NCBI GenBank assembly: GCA_035084275.1
Contig: CM068748.1
Span: 12,462,001-12,526,000, forward strand
Origin: Hydrolagus colliei
Taxonomy: Eukaryota
Reading direction: 5' to 3'
DNA: 64,000 bases
The notes beneath the pieces are model-generated. The model made no database searches and was not told where the DNA came from. It was given only the letters and a program-made list of their open reading frames with translations. The first letter of the stretch is position 1, and every line of letters starts with the position of its first letter. Below are positions 61,301 through 64,000 of this stretch, piece by piece. A program made the position numbers and the translations under genes.

Positions 61301-63632
61301 AAGCAAAGGGAAAGCAAATAAGCAGTACTTAAAAAATAACATATGTCCTGACACCACAAAGAGTATTGACAGAAACATGCCATTGGTGCCATTCAGGTTG
61401 GCCAAGAACAGACATTATGGAGACAGTGTTCTGAATGCATAATTATAGGTCTGCTCAAAGCAGGAAGAATACTCCTTGTAATGTAAACACACATTAGCAT
61501 TTAACACTAGTTTAAGCTGTCTGCAGTTCACGCTCTGCATACCAGTGAGGTTGTCTTTTTAGACCAGCATTTGTGCCTAATTGGCACAAATGTATATGAA
61601 AAAAATTATAACAGAAAGCCTGGCTGGTAGCACTAATTGAGGGAGTTTTCTACCAGGAATGCTTCTTGTGCCAATCGGGTAAACGGATTTGAAGCTACGG
61701 ATCAGATTCAATTCGCTGGGATACTGGGAAATGATTGCCCAACTGCACATCTGACCCTGGACACTAAGCAAATATCACAAAGTGGGCTTTGTGCAGCTTC
61801 CTTATGTTCGCTTATAGTTCAGAGTGAGCAGTTGCAAGCAGCATGTATTAGGGGACAGTAAAGGCATTAAAACCAGGCTCAGCATTTGGGGTTTACCGAT
61901 ACGACAATCAGCCAGGGTTTCAACAATCTTGAGGCTTGCAATAAAAACTTAACTTTGCCTAAAAGACCATTTTGTCTTAAAAATTAACGTGGTGAAGCTT
62001 TAATGCCCTTTGCAGTTGAACAGCCGATTGGCACTCACTGTGTAGTATTATTAATGTTATTATTAATGTGTCACTGTGTGCAAACAAAGAAGTGTACTTT
62101 AGTAAAGTTATTGCATAGCTGTTGGTATCTGCAGATCTACACCTCACACTACGAATATGGGCCTGTGTTGCTAAGAGGAGAAAGGGGTGAGGTAAATCAT
62201 TCAACTAAGAAATAAATTATCAAGGGGAAGACAAGCAAGCATTTCCTTCCTTTTGATCTTCCTTCTAAAGAGTGGGCAAGAACAAGCCAAAGTTGTATCA
62301 GGAAAGCACTTGGAGTTCATTGTGGCCTGTAAACCAGGTGGTTGCAGACACAAACCCATATACTTTCAGCTTCTGAAGTTATTTGCAACCTGCTATACCA
62401 CCAGAAATGAGCAACAGTGATCATTTGAGTCTTGCCCACACAGCGTGAGGGAACAAAAACACATTTTCTGTGCAGTTTAATATCCACATATAGCCACTTT
62501 CACAGCAAATCAGATGAGGGCCACATCTGAACAAATAAAACAAAGTGCTACATAAAACCTCCTACTGCAAATACTCAGTTAACAAATAACCTTTGAAACT
62601 TTCATAGATTTTGTTGAATGTTTTTTTTATTGAAGGTTCAACCATTTTACAAAAATAAGTCATGGAGTTTCCAAACCTGTCGTGCTTATTTATGGATCAA
62701 ATATAAGATGGCAACTAATTCTCTTCGATTTTGGGTTCTTTATTGCCCTCTGCTTTTTGCGATAGATTTGTCCATTACCAAAGCCAAAGCTGATTCAATT
62801 CTGATGCCTGACAGGAGGTGCATCAATCAAGAGAGTGATAGGGTCACTCAACACTCTCTCAAAAACTTCTTTTGCAGAAGCCAGGTTATCTTCAAAACCA
62901 GCCTAATGACAATCTGCCTGGTATACCAACCAGGGCAAAACTTTGAGCAAGTTTCCTTACTCCTTACATGCCTGATAATAATCCCTCAAAAAAACAATAA
63001 TAAATTGGTCATTTCAATCCATGACTATGTGTAGGACACTGCTGTGTGCAATTGGCTGCCACATTTCGGCCACAAAATACAGTCAATTCACTTTACAGTA
63101 TACTCTGTGAAGTGCTTTGAGACAAACAGAAGACATGAAAAGCACTATATCACATGCAAGGATTATTATTATTATTATTTTATTTGCCACGGTCATCCTA
63201 TTATCACACGTGAGATTTCCATATGATCAACCAAGGCAGAATAATAATAACAATAGGAAAATCTGTGTTTCTATGTATAGAAAGGCACACCGGGTGAATT
63301 ATAAAGGACGAAAGAACACAGAACCAAAATCTGTGAGTCTTGCTGATAGCACACACCTAATGTGCTGCTGGAATCTGAATTCCTTAATGTGGTGGAAAAA
63401 TGATTCCTACCTGAGACCGGGTCCACATTCTCTTCAGTCACATGATCCTTTTGGTGCACCCAGTCCCCATTGCACTTGAAGTAGATTTGGGTGGCTGGAG
63501 TGGCTGTACAAGTCATCACCACAGGCTTGTTTTTCACAATGTAGGCATCCGATGGCTCCACCAGGAATTGAGGCAGTGGTTCCGCAGTGGCCGACGGGAA
63601 GGACTCGGGCAACACATCACTGTAGTCGCTTC
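22153..63632 (-). CDS. unc5b: Netrin receptor UNC5B, multi-exon CDS (exons 2-17; exon 1 and signal peptide outside the window)
   Basis: 16 exons with GT-AG ends and compatible phases total 2744 nt (2 nt + 914 codons including TGA). Domain order is Ig-Ig-TSP1-TSP1-TM-ZU5-UPA-DD. The juxtamembrane motif [17 protein letters not shown] is the UNC5B-type sequence as I recall it (UNC5A and UNC5C differ here). Confidence 0.96.
22609..22787 (-). CDS. unc5b: unc5b exon 16 (179 nt; death domain N-terminal part)
   Basis: ttgcag|AAT...GACAG|gtgagc; encodes [60 protein letters not shown]. Confidence 0.94.
22953..23092 (+). mobile_element. Short CR1 3' end inserted into an L2 fragment (intron 15)
   Basis: Same 3'UTR and tail as 10040-10200; flanked by gaagag at 22947-22952 and 23093-23098. 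Confidence 0.8.
23437..23601 (-). CDS. unc5b: unc5b exon 15 (165 nt; UPA)
   Basis: cttcag|GAA...GAG|gtaaga; encodes [55 protein letters not shown]; the ORF track shows a different frame here. Confidence 0.95.
24621..24770 (-). CDS. unc5b: unc5b exon 14 (150 nt; UPA)
   Basis: ttacag|GAA...CAG|gttgga; encodes [50 protein letters not shown]. Confidence 0.96.
25050..25460 (-). mobile_element. Old Deu-domain SINE relic
   Basis: gcagctaatctgcactcagcaaagtcccacaaacagc...gatcttttacgtccatctg...ctctgataatgcagc is the reverse of the Deu core. Confidence 0.6.
27058..27291 (-). CDS. unc5b: unc5b exon 13 (234 nt; ZU5/UPA)
   Basis: cttcag|GAT...AAG|gtacag; encodes [33 protein letters not shown]...[18 protein letters not shown]. 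Confidence 0.96.
27905..28255 (-). mobile_element. L2 LINE fragment(s)
   Basis: Reversed L2 tail plus the reverse complement of [30 protein letters not shown]. Confidence 0.75.
29334..29502 (-). CDS. unc5b: unc5b exon 12 (169 nt; ZU5)
   Basis: tcaaag|G...GAG|gtaagg; encodes [56 protein letters not shown]. Confidence 0.94.
30965..31270 (+). mobile_element. Full-length tRNA-derived SINE with L2-like tail
   Basis: Head ggagtcctgcagctcagtggttagaacactcgcc (A-box) and ggttcaattc (B-box), shared body, (tta)n tail. Confidence 0.9.
31286..31373 (-). CDS. unc5b: unc5b exon 11 (88 nt; ZU5)
   Basis: catcag|GT...ACACT|gtaagt; encodes [29 protein letters not shown]; not in the ORF track. Confidence 0.95.
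35883..36266 (-). CDS. unc5b: unc5b exon 10 (384 nt; cytoplasmic linker into ZU5)
   Basis: ttacag|AT...TCAG|gtttgt; encodes [19 protein letters not shown]...[24 protein letters not shown]...[16 protein letters not shown]. Confidence 0.95.
39098..39292 (-). CDS. unc5b: unc5b exon 9 (195 nt; transmembrane helix and caspase site)
   Basis: tttcag|CT...CACG|gtaagt; encodes [64 protein letters not shown]. Confidence 0.96.
39574..40413. mobile_element. Older pogo/Tigger-like non-autonomous DNA element
   Basis: TA|cagttgcgtcgcctaatgtgatcac ... gtgatcacgttgtgcagcacctacgg|TA: imperfect TIRs; subterminal tgataacattaacc-like motifs at both ends. Confidence 0.6.
41161..41193 (-). CDS. unc5b: unc5b exon 8, 33-nt frame-preserving microexon (extracellular juxtamembrane linker)
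   Basis: Pyrimidine tract ttttcgttcttttttaacag|ATGAAAAGCTTTTAAACGAACCAACAAGTACTA|gtaagt; phase 1-1; encodes (N)[10 protein letters not shown], matching the position, length and partial sequence of mammalian NKKTLSDPNSH as recalled. Confidence 0.85.
41660..41857 (+). mobile_element. 5'-truncated tRNA-derived SINE
   Basis: Shared SINE body; its tail is interrupted by the MITE at 41858. Confidence 0.85.
41858..42069. mobile_element. 212-bp MITE related to the 725-bp family, in the opposite orientation
   Basis: TA|cagtaaaagcccatttatcc ... gataaacgggcttttactg|TA; both ends are homologous to the reverse complement of the 725-bp element's ends. Confidence 0.88.
42863..43191 (-). mobile_element. 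Full-length tRNA-derived SINE, minus strand
   Basis: Reverse complement of the family from head (gagtcctgtagctcagtggttagagcactcgccttgcaag) to (tta)n tail. Confidence 0.9.
46228..46392 (-). CDS. unc5b: unc5b exon 7 (165 nt; TSP1 repeat 2)
   Basis: atgcag|TT...CAGA|gtaagt; encodes [55 protein letters not shown]; not in the ORF track. Confidence 0.95.
48135..48302 (-). CDS. unc5b: unc5b exon 6 (168 nt; TSP1 repeat 1)
   Basis: cccag|TA...CCAG|gtgagt; encodes [56 protein letters not shown]. Confidence 0.96.
48350..48760 (-). mobile_element. Old Deu-domain SINE relic next to the exon 6 acceptor
   Basis: cagcaatgtcccacaaa...ggccaggaaaccaggagaaaatccc...cacctaaacaggcagatgagacctcaatttaacatctcatcc. 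Confidence 0.62.
50604..51328. mobile_element. 725-bp Tc1/mariner (pogo/Tigger-like) MITE, copy 2 (intron 5)
   Basis: TA|cagtagaagcctgtttatc ... gataaacaggcctttactg|TA; same length and orientation as copy 1. Confidence 0.92.
51386..51679 (+). mobile_element. Full-length tRNA-derived SINE
   Basis: ggagtcctgtagctcagtggttcgagcactcgccttacaagcgagag head, shared body, (tta)n tail. Confidence 0.9.
51719..51899 (-). CDS. unc5b: unc5b exon 5 (181 nt; Ig2)
   Basis: tttag|GTG...TACG|gtaaga; encodes [60 protein letters not shown]. Confidence 0.96.
52674..53015 (+). mobile_element. Full-length tRNA-derived SINE
   Basis: Head with an internal 14-bp duplication (caagctggggaga c/t twice), B-box gttcgaatcc, shared body and tail. 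Confidence 0.9.
57186..57289 (-). CDS. unc5b: unc5b exon 4 (104 nt; Ig2 start)
   Basis: ttgcag|AC...GAG|gtatgt; encodes [35 protein letters not shown]; not in the ORF track. Confidence 0.95.
58000..58242. repeat. Direct repeat copy A (intron 3)
   Basis: aacttgtgtctctaactgatgatcaatagc...ttttaggttttgctct...ctgaaaatcctttccatc, colinear with 60302-60524. Confidence 0.9.
58937..59080 (-). CDS. unc5b: unc5b exon 3 (144 nt; Ig1 C-terminal part)
   Basis: gtgcag|GA...GCTT|gtgagt; encodes [47 protein letters not shown]. Confidence 0.96.
60302..60600. repeat. Direct repeat copy B (intron 2) with a 23-bp tandem extension
   Basis: Matches 58000-58242, then about three units of aatcctttccatctattacatcc. 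Confidence 0.9.
62930..63178 (+). mobile_element. 5'-truncated tRNA-derived SINE
   Basis: cagggcaaaactttgagcaagtttccttactcc...gctgtgtgcaattggctgcc...(tta)n. Confidence 0.85.
63411..63632 (-). CDS. unc5b: unc5b exon 2 (222 nt; Ig1 N-terminal part)
   Basis: ctgcag|GA...TCAG|gtagga; encodes [38 protein letters not shown]...[11 protein letters not shown]...DPVSG. Confidence 0.95.
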
Positions 63633-64000
63633 CTGCAGATAATAAGAAAACAAAGTAAGGGATTACTGGGAGCAATTGAGAGAATTATTTATCTGCATGG
63701 CATTTAATTCACATTATAGGAGATAACAGGAAATAAAGATTGTCCATTATCCAGAGACAATGACACAAGTTACTGAGTCTCCTCTCTAGCAGTCAATCAG
63801 CCTTGGTGGCTCAACAAGTGTTTGCCACAAGCCAATATGTTCACACGCTCGTACCAGACATAAGAGAAAAGTAATCATTTGTTTTAGCACAAAGCCAAAT
63901 CATGCCAGCTGCTATATTACACCAACAGTATTTACAATTGGCTATCCTTCAACCTGCCCAAAATTCCTCTCATATTTAAAACTGTATGACATTGCATTAA

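Overview
Vertebrate genomic DNA, most likely a cartilaginous fish and possibly a chimaera (inferred from the SINE/CR1/L2 repertoire, not proven). The window holds nearly the whole netrin receptor gene unc5b on the minus strand. I mapped 16 coding exons (exons 2-17, human numbering) by eye between 63632 and the stop at 22153. All have GT-AG boundaries and compatible phases, giving 2744 nt (about 913 aa: Ig-Ig-TSP1-TSP1-TM-ZU5-UPA-death domain). They include a 33-nt microexon 8 and four larger exons (4, 7, 11, 15) whose reading frames are absent from the ORF track. Exon 1 lies beyond the right edge. A probable ~3.6-kb 3'UTR ends near an AATAAA at 18526-18531. Positions 1-18400 look intergenic and repeat-rich, and I found no second protein-coding gene. 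Repeats include tRNA-derived SINEs, older Deu-domain SINE relics, L2 and CR1 LINE 3' ends, and TA-flanked Tc1/mariner (pogo/Tigger-like) MITEs. I cannot support a wholly new biological system. The best leads are the YCAY-flanked microexon, a fold-back MITE inside the 3'UTR, inverted SINE pairs around exons, a ~230-bp direct repeat bracketing exon 3, a triple TGAGAGTGGGAA motif and several enhancer-like intronic blocks.
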